The notes beneath the pieces were generated by a model, which did not search any database, was not told where the DNA came from, and was given only the letters and a program-made list of their open reading frames with translations. This document shows positions 10,587 to 20,912 of a stretch of 64,000 nt of DNA, piece by piece. This DNA is from an uncultured Bacilli bacterium (GTDB taxonomy: Bacteria; Bacillota_I; Bacilli_A; RF39; UBA660). Position numbers and translations under genes: made by a program. The stretch spans positions 175 through 64,174 of the forward strand of contig CAKOKU010000006.1 of the NCBI GenBank assembly GCA_934095865.1, in the 5' to 3' direction. Position 1 is the stretch's first letter. Every line of letters starts with the position of its first letter.

Positions 10587-10608
10587 AAAACTTCGCCAAG
10601 GAAGTTTT
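10587..10608 (-). terminator. Weak terminator downstream of rbr
   Basis: AAAACTTC-GCCAAG-GAAGTTTT hairpin. On the minus strand it is followed by a T-run (plus-strand A-run 10581-10590). Confidence 0.45.
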
Positions 10609-10614
10609 AAAATC

Positions 10615-11154
10615 TTAATAATTTTCTTTTTTAATTTCAAAGAAACTTTGTGGATGATTACATACTGGGCATACTTCTGGAGCATATTTACCAATTACAA
10701 TATGTCCACAGTTACGACATTGCCAAATTCTATCACCATCACTAGAGAATACAACGCCGCCTTCAATATTAGCAATAAGTTTACGGTATCTTTCTTCATG
10801 ATGACGTTCGATTTCCCCAACGGCTTCAAATTTTTTAGCTAATTCTAAAAAACCTTCTTCGCGAGCTGTTTGGGCAAATTCTTGGTACATATCAGTCCAT
10901 TCATAATTTTCTCCATTAGCAGCATCTTCTAAATTTTCTAAAGTTGTTGGAATCTTACCATCGTGTAGTTCTTTAAACCACATTTTAGCATGTTCTTTTT
11001 CATTATTAGCAGTTTCTTCAAAGATTTCAGCGTATTGTTCATATCCTTCTTTTTTAGCTTTTGAAGCATAGAAAGTATATTTATTTCTTGCTTGTGATTC
11101 GCCAGCAAATGCTTTAAGTAAATTTTGTTCAGTTTTACTTCCTTTTAGTTCCAT
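10615..11154 (-). CDS. rbr: Rubrerythrin
   Basis: Likely start ATG 11154 after AAGAGGAG. Has the ferritin-like di-iron motifs [11 protein letters not shown] and EKEHAKMW plus a C-terminal rubredoxin-like CRNCGH...CPVCNHP. Confidence 0.9.
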   Translation of the reverse strand: MELKGSKTEQNLLKAFAGESQARNKYTFYASKAKKEGYEQYAEIFEETANNEKEHAKMWFKELHDGKIPTTLENLEDAANGENYEWTDMYQEFAQTAREEGFLELAKKFEAVGEIERHHEERYRKLIANIEGGVVFSSDGDRIWQCRNCGHIVIGKYAPEVCPVCNHPQSFFEIKKENY

Positions 11155-11172
11155 GTTAACTCCTCTTTTCAA

Positions 11173-11190
11173 GTAATCGTTTTTGATTAC
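11173..11190. promoter_or_regulatory. Palindrome GTAATC-N6-GATTAC in the rbr 5' leader (candidate repressor operator)
   Basis: Perfect 6-bp arms lying between the predicted rbr promoter and the RBS. Confidence 0.3.
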
Positions 11191-11196
11191 AAAATT

Positions 11197-11224
11197 AGTA
11201 TATCAAAATAAAAAAAATATTCAA
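11197..11224 (-). promoter_or_regulatory. Sigma-A-like promoter of rbr
   Basis: Minus strand reads TTGAAT-N16-TATACT. Confidence 0.5.
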
Positions 11225-11575
11225 GAATTTTAGCCATTCTATAAATTTCTTATAAAAAAAGAGCCAAAAGCTCTTAAATTCACTAAGGCGCAAGGAAATG
11301 GTTCAAAAGATAAATAGTTAGGTGTTCTTTTGAATCAAGATTTCGGAATTTTCCTTGCTCTTATAATCTATCATATTAATATATAAATTACAATAGCTTA
11401 TGTATAAATTCTTTGTAAATATTTACTAAACTTTTAATTTTTATAAAAAATAATTTTAAATTTTCATTTTTTTAAGCTTTCCGTGGCTTTTTCCTTTTTT
11501 TATTAAATATTTACAAAAAAGATAATTAGCTTTTCATTTTTAAGAAAATACCTTATAATGAAGACGGTGATATTA

Positions 11576-12502
11576 ATGAAAGACTTACGCGTTATATTTA
11601 TGGGAACTCCTGATTTTGCAGTTCCCGTTTTAGAAAGTTTAATTAAAAATACTAATGTTATAATGGTTGTTTCTCAACCTAATAAACAAGTAGGGCGTCA
11701 TAAAATTTTAACAGATACTCCCGTTGCGGCGACCGCCAAAAAGTACAATATTCCTATTTTTCAACCTGTTAAAATAAGAAATGATTATGAAGAAATAATT
11801 AAAGCTAATCCAGATATTATTATTACTTGTGCCTATGGGCAAATTATCCCTAAAATTCTTTTAGACACACCACGTCTTGGCTGTATCAATGTTCATGCCT
11901 CTCTTTTACCATATCTTCGTGGTGGAGCACCTCTTCATCATGCTATTATAGATGGTTATCAAAAAACTGGTGTAACTATTATGTATATGGATGAAAAAAT
12001 GGATACTGGTGATATCATTAGCGCGGTAGAGTACCAAATTAAACCTAGTGATACTGTTGGTGATATTCATGATAATCTAATGACATTAGCCCCCAAACTT
12101 CTAATTGAAACTTTACCAAGTATTATAGAAGGAACAAATAATCGTCAAAAACAAGATAATACCATTGCAACTTATGCCTATAACGTCACAAGAGAAGATG
12201 AGCATCTTGATTTTACTAAATCTGGTGTCGAACTAGAGCGTCAAGTTCGAGGCTTAAATCCATGGCCTCTTGCTAACTTTAAATTAAATGGCGAAGAAAT
12301 AAAAGTTTTAGCCGGTTACTTTGTAAAGGGAAACTCAAAAATAAAACAAATTGAAGTGACTAAAAATACATTAGCAATCGGTTGTCAAGATGGTTGGTAC
12401 TATATAATTGAATTAAAACCAAGTGGTAAAAAAGCTATGCCAGTCAAGGCTTATTTAAATGGGGTATCAAAAGATCAAATAATAAAGATGCAAGTAGAGT
12501 AG
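11576..12502 (+). CDS. fmt: Methionyl-tRNA formyltransferase
   Basis: Starts MKDLRVIFMGTPDFAVPVLESL. Has the motifs NVHASLLPYLRGGAPLHHAI and the C-terminal domain. The ORF track start at 11558 is probably an upstream extension. Confidence 0.92.
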   Translation: MKDLRVIFMGTPDFAVPVLESLIKNTNVIMVVSQPNKQVGRHKILTDTPVAATAKKYNIPIFQPVKIRNDYEEIIKANPDIIITCAYGQIIPKILLDTPRLGCINVHASLLPYLRGGAPLHHAIIDGYQKTGVTIMYMDEKMDTGDIISAVEYQIKPSDTVGDIHDNLMTLAPKLLIETLPSIIEGTNNRQKQDNTIATYAYNVTREDEHLDFTKSGVELERQVRGLNPWPLANFKLNGEEIKVLAGYFVKGNSKIKQIEVTKNTLAIGCQDGWYYIIELKPSGKKAMPVKAYLNGVSKDQIIKMQVE

Positions 12503-12515
12503 GAGGGCCTTTAAA

Positions 12516-13361
12516 ATGACAGGAATGATAATAATTAATTATAATGATTTTATAACCACTAAACGCCTTTTAGATAACGTCAAAAACTATAAATGTTTAA
12601 CAGAAATTGTTGTCGTTGATAATAAAAGTACTGACGATTCTTTACATCAGTTACAAAAATTAGCTAGTAAGAAGATAACAATCATTGATAGTGGCGCTAA
12701 TAAAGGGTATAGTTACGCTCTAAACGTTGGGTGTAAATATTTAATCGAAAAATACCAAGAACTTAATATCATTATTTCCAATAGTGACATCATAATTGAT
12801 AGTGAAGAAGATATTAAAGAACTTGTAAGCCATCTAAACAGTAAGTGTGTTGTTGTTGGGCCAACTATCATTCAAAATAATGAAGTTAGCCGTGGTTTTA
12901 AAGTACCAACTGTCTGGCAAGATATTAAACAAAATATTGTTTATTTTGGCAAAAAGGTTTTGGCAAGAGAATTAAGCTATCCTAATGAATATTATCATAA
13001 AGACATAAGTAAAGTAGATACTGTTTCTGGATGCTTCTTTCTAATTAGCAGTAAACACGTTGTTGATATGGGATATTTTGATGAAAATGTCTTTTTGTAC
13101 TATGAAGAAAATATCATGGGAGTTAAAACTAAAAGATTGAATAAAAATATTATTGTTTGCAATAACGTCGACGTCGTTCATGACCATTCAGTATCAATAG
13201 ATAAAAGTCTTAAACGTATTAAAAAATATGATGCCCTAAAAAGAAGCCAAGCCTACTTTGAAAAAACTTATAATAAAGCTGGCAAATTTAGCATGTTCCT
13301 GTTATACCTAACTAGATATCTTACTAGAATACTTTTATTGATAAAATACAGTATTGACTAA
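12516..13361 (+). CDS. Family 2 glycosyltransferase
   Basis: IINYNDF...VVVDNKSTDDS...GANKGYSYALN pattern (GT-A fold, DxD-like region). Confidence 0.7.
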   Translation: MTGMIIINYNDFITTKRLLDNVKNYKCLTEIVVVDNKSTDDSLHQLQKLASKKITIIDSGANKGYSYALNVGCKYLIEKYQELNIIISNSDIIIDSEEDIKELVSHLNSKCVVVGPTIIQNNEVSRGFKVPTVWQDIKQNIVYFGKKVLARELSYPNEYYHKDISKVDTVSGCFFLISSKHVVDMGYFDENVFLYYEENIMGVKTKRLNKNIIVCNNVDVVHDHSVSIDKSLKRIKKYDALKRSQAYFEKTYNKAGKFSMFLLYLTRYLTRILLLIKYSID

Positions 13362-13420
13362 AAATAATATAAATACATTACAAAAGAAAAAAATAATAAA
13401 TTTAGAAAGGACTCTCTAAT

Positions 13421-14551
13421 ATGAAAGAAGAAATATTAAAAAATATCAAAGAAACAATGTACTTTGACTCTAACTTAGGACCAAACGCTTGTAAAAATAA
13501 AGAGGCTATAAGATTAAAAGAAGAAAAAGAATATTACCGTCCTCCTTTTTTTCACGATGCTGACCGTATCATTTATTCACTTGCCTATACAAGATACATG
13601 AATAAAACGCAAGTATTTACCTCATCAGGTAATGATAATGTTGCAACGCGAGCTGTTCATGTTCAATTAACTAGCAAAATCGGGCGAACAATTGGTCGAG
13701 CTTTGGGTTTAAACGAAGATTTAATCGAAGCCGCCAGCCTCGGTCATGATATTGGTCATACGCCTTTCGGTCATGTTGGGGAATCAATCTTAAATGATAT
13801 CTCTTTAAAAGTAGGAGAAGGTTATTTTAATCATAATATTCAAAGCGTTCGGAAATTAGAATTTATTGAAAATCATGGTGTTGGCCTTAACCTAACCATG
13901 CAAGTTGTTGACGCTATAATGTGCCACAACGGCGAATTAGAGCTAGAGTGCTACCGACCTAAGAAAAAAACTTATGAAGAAGTTTTAGAAGAATATAAAA
14001 GTACATATCAAGATAAAAATGCTAATACCAGCCTTATTCCCTGTACTTTAGAAGGGTGTGTAGTAAGAATTAGTGACATAATTTCCTACCTTGGCCGTGA
14101 TATTGAAGATGCCTTAAGACTACATATTCTATCTAAAGAAGAATTAGATATTGATGTTTTTAGAAAAGTAGGCAAAACCAATCGTGAGATAGTAAATTAC
14201 TTTATTGAAGATATCATCTTAAACAGTTATGGCAAAGACTATATTAAAATGAGTAAAGAAGCTTTTAATAACCTTAGTCAAATTAAAAAATTTAATTATG
14301 AACATATTTATGCTAAAGCTAGTACTAAAGAAGAAAGACAAATCTGGAAACACATGATAGAAACAGTTTTTGCTAAATGTTTAGAAGACTTAAAACAAAA
14401 TGGAGAAGAAAGCCATGTCTACATTTATTTTTATAAGTACATGAATGAAGAATATAAGAAAAACACTTCTAAAGAACGAGTTGTAATCGATTATATTTCA
14501 GGGATGACAGATAATTTTCTAATAAAAGAATACGAATTTTTTAATAAATAA
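13421..14551 (+). CDS. dGTP triphosphohydrolase-like HD-domain protein
   Basis: RAVHVQLTSKIGRTIG...ASLGHDIGHTPFGHVGE (HD...GHxPFGH) and C-terminal DYISGMTDNF, typical of the dGTPase family. Confidence 0.8.
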   Translation: MKEEILKNIKETMYFDSNLGPNACKNKEAIRLKEEKEYYRPPFFHDADRIIYSLAYTRYMNKTQVFTSSGNDNVATRAVHVQLTSKIGRTIGRALGLNEDLIEAASLGHDIGHTPFGHVGESILNDISLKVGEGYFNHNIQSVRKLEFIENHGVGLNLTMQVVDAIMCHNGELELECYRPKKKTYEEVLEEYKSTYQDKNANTSLIPCTLEGCVVRISDIISYLGRDIEDALRLHILSKEELDIDVFRKVGKTNREIVNYFIEDIILNSYGKDYIKMSKEAFNNLSQIKKFNYEHIYAKASTKEERQIWKHMIETVFAKCLEDLKQNGEESHVYIYFYKYMNEEYKKNTSKERVVIDYISGMTDNFLIKEYEFFNK

Positions 14552-14646
14552 TTAATCATTATATAATAAAGGAAATTTACAAGAAATTTATTATTAATTT
14601 GACTTTTATTATATTTAATAAGATAATATAAACAGAGGTGTAAAAC

Positions 14647-16404
14647 GTGAAAAAGAAAGAAAAAAATTTAACGATAACCCAAGAAGAAATAGAAAGTAAT
14701 CACTTAATAAAATCAACTAAATCATATTTAATTGTATTTAGTATCTTATTTTTATCAATATTTTTGCTTTTAATTGGTAGTTTATTTAGAACTAATGTTA
14801 ATCCTGACTATCCAATTGTATTTAGAGATGCCAACAACCATCTTTTAGTAATAACTAAGAATCGCGATTTAAATAACATTGATAAAATTGATGATGCTGA
14901 TATAGTGTATGCTAACGAAGATATTAGATATATTCTGTATACTGATAATAAGAATCTTTATTTACTAGATACAACTAGTACTGATAATAAGAAAATATTA
15001 ACTAATAATGCTAAGACTTATGGCTTTAGTAGTGATGATAAATATGTTTATTATATAGAAAATAATAATGATTTATACGTTTATAATCGTAAAAGTTCCT
15101 CATCATATTTAATTGATAGTAACGTTACTAAATTACTAGATGTATCTTTAAGTTATGTTATCTATGAAAAAGACAATGCGCTTTTAGTAAAAGACATTGA
15201 TTCAGGCAGTGTTGATACCGTAAGTAAATCATATGAAGACATCATTTTGAGTAAAGATGGTAAAAAAATGCTTTATTCTACTTTAAATAATGATGAAACC
15301 TTAAATTATTATGTTTATAATTTTAATACTTTTGCCAATGATAGAATATTATTAAATATTGTTGAACTATTAACTTATAATGCTAACTTTACAAAGTTCA
15401 TGTATACCACTAAAACCGAAGATACCATAAATATTTATAATAATATTAAAGATAGCTTAGCTACCAGTGATAAAAAATTTAGTCCCTTATCAGAAGATAC
15501 TCCTGGTGTAACCGCTGAAGAATTAAAAGCTAATCAAGAAGAAGCCAAATTAGTAGAAATCCGTAACGCTATGCGTGATTATGCTAAAAACTATACTGTA
15601 TCTGCTTATGATATTTACTATCAAAATAATCAAACCAAAACCTTGTTAGCAAGTAGTTTAAATCAAGTATACTTAAATGACATAACTGATCATAAATTAA
15701 TTTATACAAAGATGAATTGGGATAACACCTTTGACTTAGCAAGCTATACTTCTTTAGACCAATTCAAAGAAGACATAGAAAAAAATAAAGAAAATGGCCT
15801 ATATTTCCAAGTAGATACCAACACTCCTTCATTAATTAAAGATAGTGTAAAAGATGATATTGAAGTAACATTCTTAAGTGGAGATGGCATTTACTTTAAA
15901 GAAGATACTAATCTTTACTTTGCGAAAGTAAGTTCTAAAACGGCCGCTGAAGCTAAATTGGTTAAAGAAAACGTTAATAGTAGTATTAAAAAGTCTAGTG
16001 CAGAAGTTGGTCTTGTTTATCTAGTAAAAGAAAATGATAGTAACACTCTAGAATATGTTAAAAATGGTAAAAGTTCAGTTATAAGTAATAATGTCAATGA
16101 AGACTCTTTAGTAATTAGTGAAAATAAAGATAGCATTTATTACATAAAAGACTATGAAAATTATCAAGGCAAATTAATGATATACAATGGTATTATCAAC
16201 ATGACTATATCAGAAGGTGTTAACTCATTCCTTTATATAAATGATAGCTTAATGTATGCCACTAAAAATTATGATGAAAATAGTAAAACTTGTGATTTAT
16301 ACCGTTTAAATAATAATAAATTAGTTCTAGTCTATAAAGGACTACTTAAATGGTATAATCCCGTTGAAACAGAAAAACTTCAGGAAAGAAATAAAAACTC
16401 CTAG
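14647..16404 (+). CDS. Membrane-anchored protein with repeated Y/N/D-rich beta-propeller-like repeats
   Basis: GTG start after AGAGGTG and one TM helix. Repeated units of the form DDKYVYYIENNNDLYVY and KDSIYYIKD resemble DUF5050/TolB-like blades. Confidence 0.5.
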   Translation: MKKKEKNLTITQEEIESNHLIKSTKSYLIVFSILFLSIFLLLIGSLFRTNVNPDYPIVFRDANNHLLVITKNRDLNNIDKIDDADIVYANEDIRYILYTDNKNLYLLDTTSTDNKKILTNNAKTYGFSSDDKYVYYIENNNDLYVYNRKSSSSYLIDSNVTKLLDVSLSYVIYEKDNALLVKDIDSGSVDTVSKSYEDIILSKDGKKMLYSTLNNDETLNYYVYNFNTFANDRILLNIVELLTYNANFTKFMYTTKTEDTINIYNNIKDSLATSDKKFSPLSEDTPGVTAEELKANQEEAKLVEIRNAMRDYAKNYTVSAYDIYYQNNQTKTLLASSLNQVYLNDITDHKLIYTKMNWDNTFDLASYTSLDQFKEDIEKNKENGLYFQVDTNTPSLIKDSVKDDIEVTFLSGDGIYFKEDTNLYFAKVSSKTAAEAKLVKENVNSSIKKSSAEVGLVYLVKENDSNTLEYVKNGKSSVISNNVNEDSLVISENKDSIYYIKDYENYQGKLMIYNGIINMTISEGVNSFLYINDSLMYATKNYDENSKTCDLYRLNNNKLVLVYKGLLKWYNPVETEKLQERNKNS

Positions 16405-16459
16405 TTTTAAAGTTTAATAATTAAAAAAACAACCATAATACTTATTAGGAGGCTAATCT

Positions 16460-17731
16460 ATGGAATACAAAAATTTTAAACATCAATCATATAATTTATA
16501 TACAATAAAAACTGACAAGTTTCGTACTTGCCACATGGAAGTTATTTTTCGTCATAAATTAGAAAAAGAAGAAGTAACCATTGCCAACGTTTTACGTCGT
16601 TACTTGGGCTATACTTCCAAAAAATACAATAAACGTAAATTAGTAGTAGAAGCATTAGAAGACTTATATGATGCTTCCTTTTATACCGCCTCATCAAGAG
16701 TAGGCAACAGCATTTTTATTAGCTTTATTTTAGACATATTAGACCCTGTATTCTGTGATAAAGGATACTTAGATCAAGCTTTAAAATTACCATTTGAATT
16801 TATTTTTAACCCTAATTTTACTAACGAAGCTGCCGATGAAAAATTATTTAGTGTTATCACTAATCTAACAAAAAGAGATATAAAAAGTTTAAAAGAACGT
16901 CCAGCTAGTTATGCTTTTAAAAGAGCTTTTCAAACAATGGATGAAAATAGTCCTTGTAGTATAAACATAAATGGTGATTTAAAAGACTTAGCGCTTATAA
17001 CCAAAGAAGATATTTACAAATACTACAATAGATTATTAAAAGATTACGTTTGTGATATCTATGTTATTGGTAATCTTGATATGGATAATGTAGATAAGAT
17101 TATAGCAAAAGAATATATTAATGATTCAAAAGCTAAAGATAACTGCTCATTCGAAGTAAAGAATAAGAATGTTCGTAAGGCAACAGATATAGAGGAAGAC
17201 GGTGAATATGAACAATCATCATTAATAATGTTATTTAATGCAGATACCTTTACAGATAAAGAAAAGAATTATACAATTCATTACTTCAATTCTATTTTCG
17301 GTAATGGGTCTTTATCTAATAAATTAAATCAATATTTACGCGAAGAAAACGGTATGTGCTATTCGACATATAGTATGTATCAAAAATTAGATAATACTTT
17401 AGCAGTTTATGCGGGTATTGACCGTGAAAATAAAGATAAATGTGTAGAATTAGTCAAAAAAGCCTTAAAGGAAATGCAAAAAGGTGAATTTAAAGAAGAA
17501 GAAATTGATTATGCTAGAGAAACATTAACTAATCAGTTAAAATCAAGTTTAGATATTCAAACTAGTGTTTTAGATAATTATGTATTCCATAATCTAATTG
17601 ATGCACCAACCCTACAAACTCGCCTACAAAACATCGGCGATGTTACCAAAGAAGAAATAGTAGCTTTAGCTAAAAAAATTAATCTAAGTACTGTTTACTT
17701 ATTAGGAGGCATTAATGCTAAAGAAAATTGA
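16460..17731 (+). CDS. M16-family peptidase-like protein, probable non-catalytic subunit
   Basis: Insulinase-like length and pattern, but I saw no HxxEH. Overlaps its partner gene by 17 nt. Confidence 0.7.
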   Translation: MEYKNFKHQSYNLYTIKTDKFRTCHMEVIFRHKLEKEEVTIANVLRRYLGYTSKKYNKRKLVVEALEDLYDASFYTASSRVGNSIFISFILDILDPVFCDKGYLDQALKLPFEFIFNPNFTNEAADEKLFSVITNLTKRDIKSLKERPASYAFKRAFQTMDENSPCSININGDLKDLALITKEDIYKYYNRLLKDYVCDIYVIGNLDMDNVDKIIAKEYINDSKAKDNCSFEVKNKNVRKATDIEEDGEYEQSSLIMLFNADTFTDKEKNYTIHYFNSIFGNGSLSNKLNQYLREENGMCYSTYSMYQKLDNTLAVYAGIDRENKDKCVELVKKALKEMQKGEFKEEEIDYARETLTNQLKSSLDIQTSVLDNYVFHNLIDAPTLQTRLQNIGDVTKEEIVALAKKINLSTVYLLGGINAKEN

Positions 17732-18995
17732 ACTATTAAAATATAATGAGGCTATTTATTTTGATAAGCTTGACAATGGTTTAGAAGTATATTTATGGCC
17801 CAATAATAAAGTTAGTAACTACTATGCAACTTTTTCTGCTAAATATGGTAGTGTTGATACAAAATTTAAGGTTGGTTCTAAAACTATTGAAGTACCAAAA
17901 GGCTTAGCTCACTTTCTTGAACACATTAAATTTAACGAAGGCCCTAATAAAACAGCCCATGATTTTTATAATAAACTAGGGACATCAATCAATGCCTTTA
18001 CTACTTTTGATTTTACTTCTTATGAAGTATTTGGTTCAGATAAAATCGAAGAAAACATTACCCATCTTTTAGATTATGTTCAAAATCCTTATTTTACTAA
18101 AGAATTAATTGAAAAAGAAAAGAAAATAATCTTAAACGAAGTAAAAATGGGGAAGAATAATCCTTACAAAGTCCTTTATTACGCCTTAAATAATGCTTTG
18201 TATACCCATGATCAAAGAAAGTATTTTGTTACTGGTGATGAAGAAGATGTTAAAAGTATTACAATCGATGACGTTCATGCAGCATATGATAACTTTTATC
18301 ATCCTAGCAATATGTTTTTAGTAGTAACAGGAAATTTTAATCCTGAATACTTAGCTACTGTGATTAGAGAAAATCAAAATAATAAGACATTTGCTAAATA
18401 TACTAATCCTATTAAAATAAAAACAAATGAAGGCTTAAAGGTTGCTGAGTCAGAAAAAGAAATATATGGTAATGTTTCAGCACCAAAAGTAAAAATTGCG
18501 TATAAAATTAAGAAAAGTGAACTTGTTTTCTTAAATGATGTTGAAAAGTTAATTTATCCAAGAATAATCTTAAATGCCAACTTTGGTTCAACCAGTGAAG
18601 TTAGAGAATACTTACTAGAAAATAATTTAGTTACTAAATTAGGTTGCAATGCTAGCCTTTGTGAGGATTATTTAATAATCGTATTAAGTGCCGAAACAAA
18701 ATGCCCAAAAGAAATAGTGAAAATTTTAGATGAAACATTTAAGAAAATGACTTTAAATAAAGAGCGTTTAGAACGCCGTATTCGTTGTAACATTGCCTCG
18801 GTAATTTATGGCTTTGATGACATCGAATATATGAACGCACATATTCAAGATAACATTATGACATATAATAAGATAATTGATAATGAATATGATATTTATA
18901 AATCTTTAAATGTTACTACTGCTAAAAAAGTAATTGATAAAATGGTTACTGATAATAAAACCGTAGTTACGATGCTTCCAAAAGAAGAAAAATAG
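17715..18995 (+). CDS. M16-family zinc peptidase (catalytic subunit)
   Basis: Inverted zinc motif GLAHFLEHIKF (HxxEH) near the N-terminus. Confidence 0.8.
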   Translation: MLKKIELLKYNEAIYFDKLDNGLEVYLWPNNKVSNYYATFSAKYGSVDTKFKVGSKTIEVPKGLAHFLEHIKFNEGPNKTAHDFYNKLGTSINAFTTFDFTSYEVFGSDKIEENITHLLDYVQNPYFTKELIEKEKKIILNEVKMGKNNPYKVLYYALNNALYTHDQRKYFVTGDEEDVKSITIDDVHAAYDNFYHPSNMFLVVTGNFNPEYLATVIRENQNNKTFAKYTNPIKIKTNEGLKVAESEKEIYGNVSAPKVKIAYKIKKSELVFLNDVEKLIYPRIILNANFGSTSEVREYLLENNLVTKLGCNASLCEDYLIIVLSAETKCPKEIVKILDETFKKMTLNKERLERRIRCNIASVIYGFDDIEYMNAHIQDNIMTYNKIIDNEYDIYKSLNVTTAKKVIDKMVTDNKTVVTMLPKEEK

Positions 18996-19025
18996 AGACT
19001 GCTTTCTAAAACAGCCTCTTTTTTT
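18994..19025 (+). terminator. Terminator after the M16 pair
   Basis: AGAGACTG...CAGCCTCT hairpin (one mismatch) followed by a T-run. Confidence 0.55.
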
Positions 19026-19029
19026 AATC

Positions 19030-19060
19030 AAAAAAGAGAAAACCATATTTGATTTTCTCT
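19030..19060 (-). terminator. Terminator of rpsD
   Basis: AGAGAAAA-loop-TTTTCTCT hairpin. The plus-strand A-run at 19030-19034 is the T-tract on the minus strand. Confidence 0.6.
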
Positions 19061-19066
19061 TTACTA

Positions 19067-19669
19067 CTATCTATTATAGTATTCAACGATTAATGCTTCA
19101 TTAATTTCTGGATTTAATTCGCTTCTATCTGGATAACGAACATAAGTACCAGATAATTTATTAGCGTCAAATTCAACATAAGCAGGTCTATTTAAAGTAG
19201 CCTCAACAGCAGCTTTAATAGCTGGATGATCTAAAGATTGTTCTTTAACAGCAATTACATCGCCAGGTTTAACAGTGTAAGATGGAATGTTAACTTTAAT
19301 ACCATTAACAGTAATATGTCCATGATTTACAACTTGTCTAGCAGCACGACGAGTAGTTGCAAGACCCATACGGTAAACTACGTTATCTAATCTAGTTTCT
19401 AATAAACGAAGTAGATTTTCACCAGTAATACCATTCATCTTAGTAGCACGTTTAAATGTTTTAGCAAATTGTTTTTCATTTAAACCATACATGAATCTAA
19501 CCTTTTGTTTTTCTTGTAACTGAACACCATATTCACTTAATTTTCTTTTACGATCTTGTCCGTGAATACCAGGACCATAAGGTCTTTTTGCTAATTCCTT
19601 ACCATTTTCTAAAGTAGAAAAACCAAGATGACGTGATTTTTTGTATTGAGCACCAGTATATCTTGCCAT
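19067..19669 (-). CDS. rpsD: 30S ribosomal protein S4
   Basis: [16 protein letters not shown]...[31 protein letters not shown] (S4 RNA-binding domain). Confidence 0.97.
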   Translation of the reverse strand: MARYTGAQYKKSRHLGFSTLENGKELAKRPYGPGIHGQDRKRKLSEYGVQLQEKQKVRFMYGLNEKQFAKTFKRATKMNGITGENLLRLLETRLDNVVYRMGLATTRRAARQVVNHGHITVNGIKVNIPSYTVKPGDVIAVKEQSLDHPAIKAAVEATLNRPAYVEFDANKLSGTYVRYPDRSELNPEINEALIVEYYNR

Positions 19670-19836
19670 AATTATTCTCCTTTCCTTATATTAATGCTAT
19701 TAGTTAGTATGTTCCATATTTTAATAGGGGAGTCTATCTAGATATGTTCTCTTTTGGCAGTCATAAGATACTTATAACCGACATTCGTGATAGACACGTC
19801 TACAAAAATGAAACTCTGCCAATTAATTGCACATAT
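19670..19836 (-). promoter_or_regulatory. Long structured 5' leader of rpsD (possible S4 autoregulatory site)
   Basis: About 165 nt lie between the predicted promoter and the start codon. The leader has complementary segments such as GTCTATC (19731-19737) and GATAGAC (19790-19796). Confidence 0.35.
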
Positions 19837-19865
19837 AATTTACCATAAGATAGAACTAGTGTCAA
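19837..19865 (-). promoter_or_regulatory. Sigma-A promoter of rpsD
   Basis: Minus strand reads TTGACA-N17-TAAATT with a TGg extended -10. Confidence 0.6.
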
Positions 19866-20041
19866 ATTTATTTTACTAAAATCGCTAATAACCGCTAAAT
19901 TGTGTTCAGATTTTTTATCTTTTCTTAAAATAAATAGAATAATTTTTCTTAATATATAATTTTATAAAATTTATAAATATTAAATTGTTTTTTCTTGTAA
20001 AAAATGGTATTCTTATGTTAGTAATGATAAAGAGGTATGAT

Positions 20042-20899
20042 ATGAAAAGTAAAACTAAAATTGACTTTAAGAATAAGAAAACTATTATAATAACTGCCAT
20101 AATAGCTATCATAGTAGTTGGTCTTATTATATTTTTATGTACAAAACTATTTTCTAAAAAACCAGAACTAACACCAGACAATCCAACTACCAGTGAATTT
20201 GAAAATTACCTAAAAGATAGTATCAAAGGGTTTGATGCAGATTCTATAAATGATTTTATTGAAAGTACAGATAACCTTGCTACTATTAATGAGGTATATT
20301 GGGGAGCAATGTATTCAGGAGATGTTCACAAAAACATAAAAATTCTATATGCTTTAAGTAGACTTTTCTATAATGATTCTACATTAATAGATTATATGAC
20401 TGGTGCCAGTATGTTTGATCTTGATACCGACTTAGGCGATGTAAAGTTATCTATTAAATTTATTAATAAAGTATTAGATGCTAAATTCAAAGATACAACA
20501 ATAGATAAAAATACCGTGATAACTGATGGCTTCTTCTATGGTATTAACGCAATAATTTGTGATGATACATATTGTATTATTCCAATTTCTAGAACAACAG
20601 ATAGCGGTAATGAATCCGATGGTTTATATGCTAGTAGAAAAGGTGATTTAACTAAAGTATCTGGTGGCTATGAAATGACTGTCGAAGATTATTATTATGA
20701 GTTATCATTTGAAGGTATTATGAAAATGGGAATTTATAGCAACGCAGCTAAGGATGTTACTTTTTGCGAAACGAGCTTAACAGAAATGTATTTAGGCGAT
20801 TTCAAAAATACTGATATCTGCAAAGGCGAAGCTACATATGATAAAGTCAAATATAAATTTGATAAAAACTATAAATTTGTAAGTGCAGAAACAGTATAA
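20042..20899 (+). CDS. Single-pass membrane protein, first gene of the Tad-like cluster, function unknown
   Basis: Likely start ATG 20042 (MKSKTKIDFKNKK) after AAAGAGGT. It has a TM helix IIITAIIAIIVVGLIIFLC and then an extracytoplasmic domain of about 240 aa with several Cys. Confidence 0.55.
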   Translation: MKSKTKIDFKNKKTIIITAIIAIIVVGLIIFLCTKLFSKKPELTPDNPTTSEFENYLKDSIKGFDADSINDFIESTDNLATINEVYWGAMYSGDVHKNIKILYALSRLFYNDSTLIDYMTGASMFDLDTDLGDVKLSIKFINKVLDAKFKDTTIDKNTVITDGFFYGINAIICDDTYCIIPISRTTDSGNESDGLYASRKGDLTKVSGGYEMTVEDYYYELSFEGIMKMGIYSNAAKDVTFCETSLTEMYLGDFKNTDICKGEATYDKVKYKFDKNYKFVSAETV

Positions 20900-20912
20900 G
20901 GAAGTGGTTTAT

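Noticed and set aside
13421-14551. dGTPase-like HD protein as an anti-phage dNTP-depletion defence gene
   Set aside because: It sits in a housekeeping run (fmt, GT2, M16 peptidases) with no mobile-element or defence-island neighbours, as expected for the common chromosomal dGTPase-like paralogue of Firmicutes.
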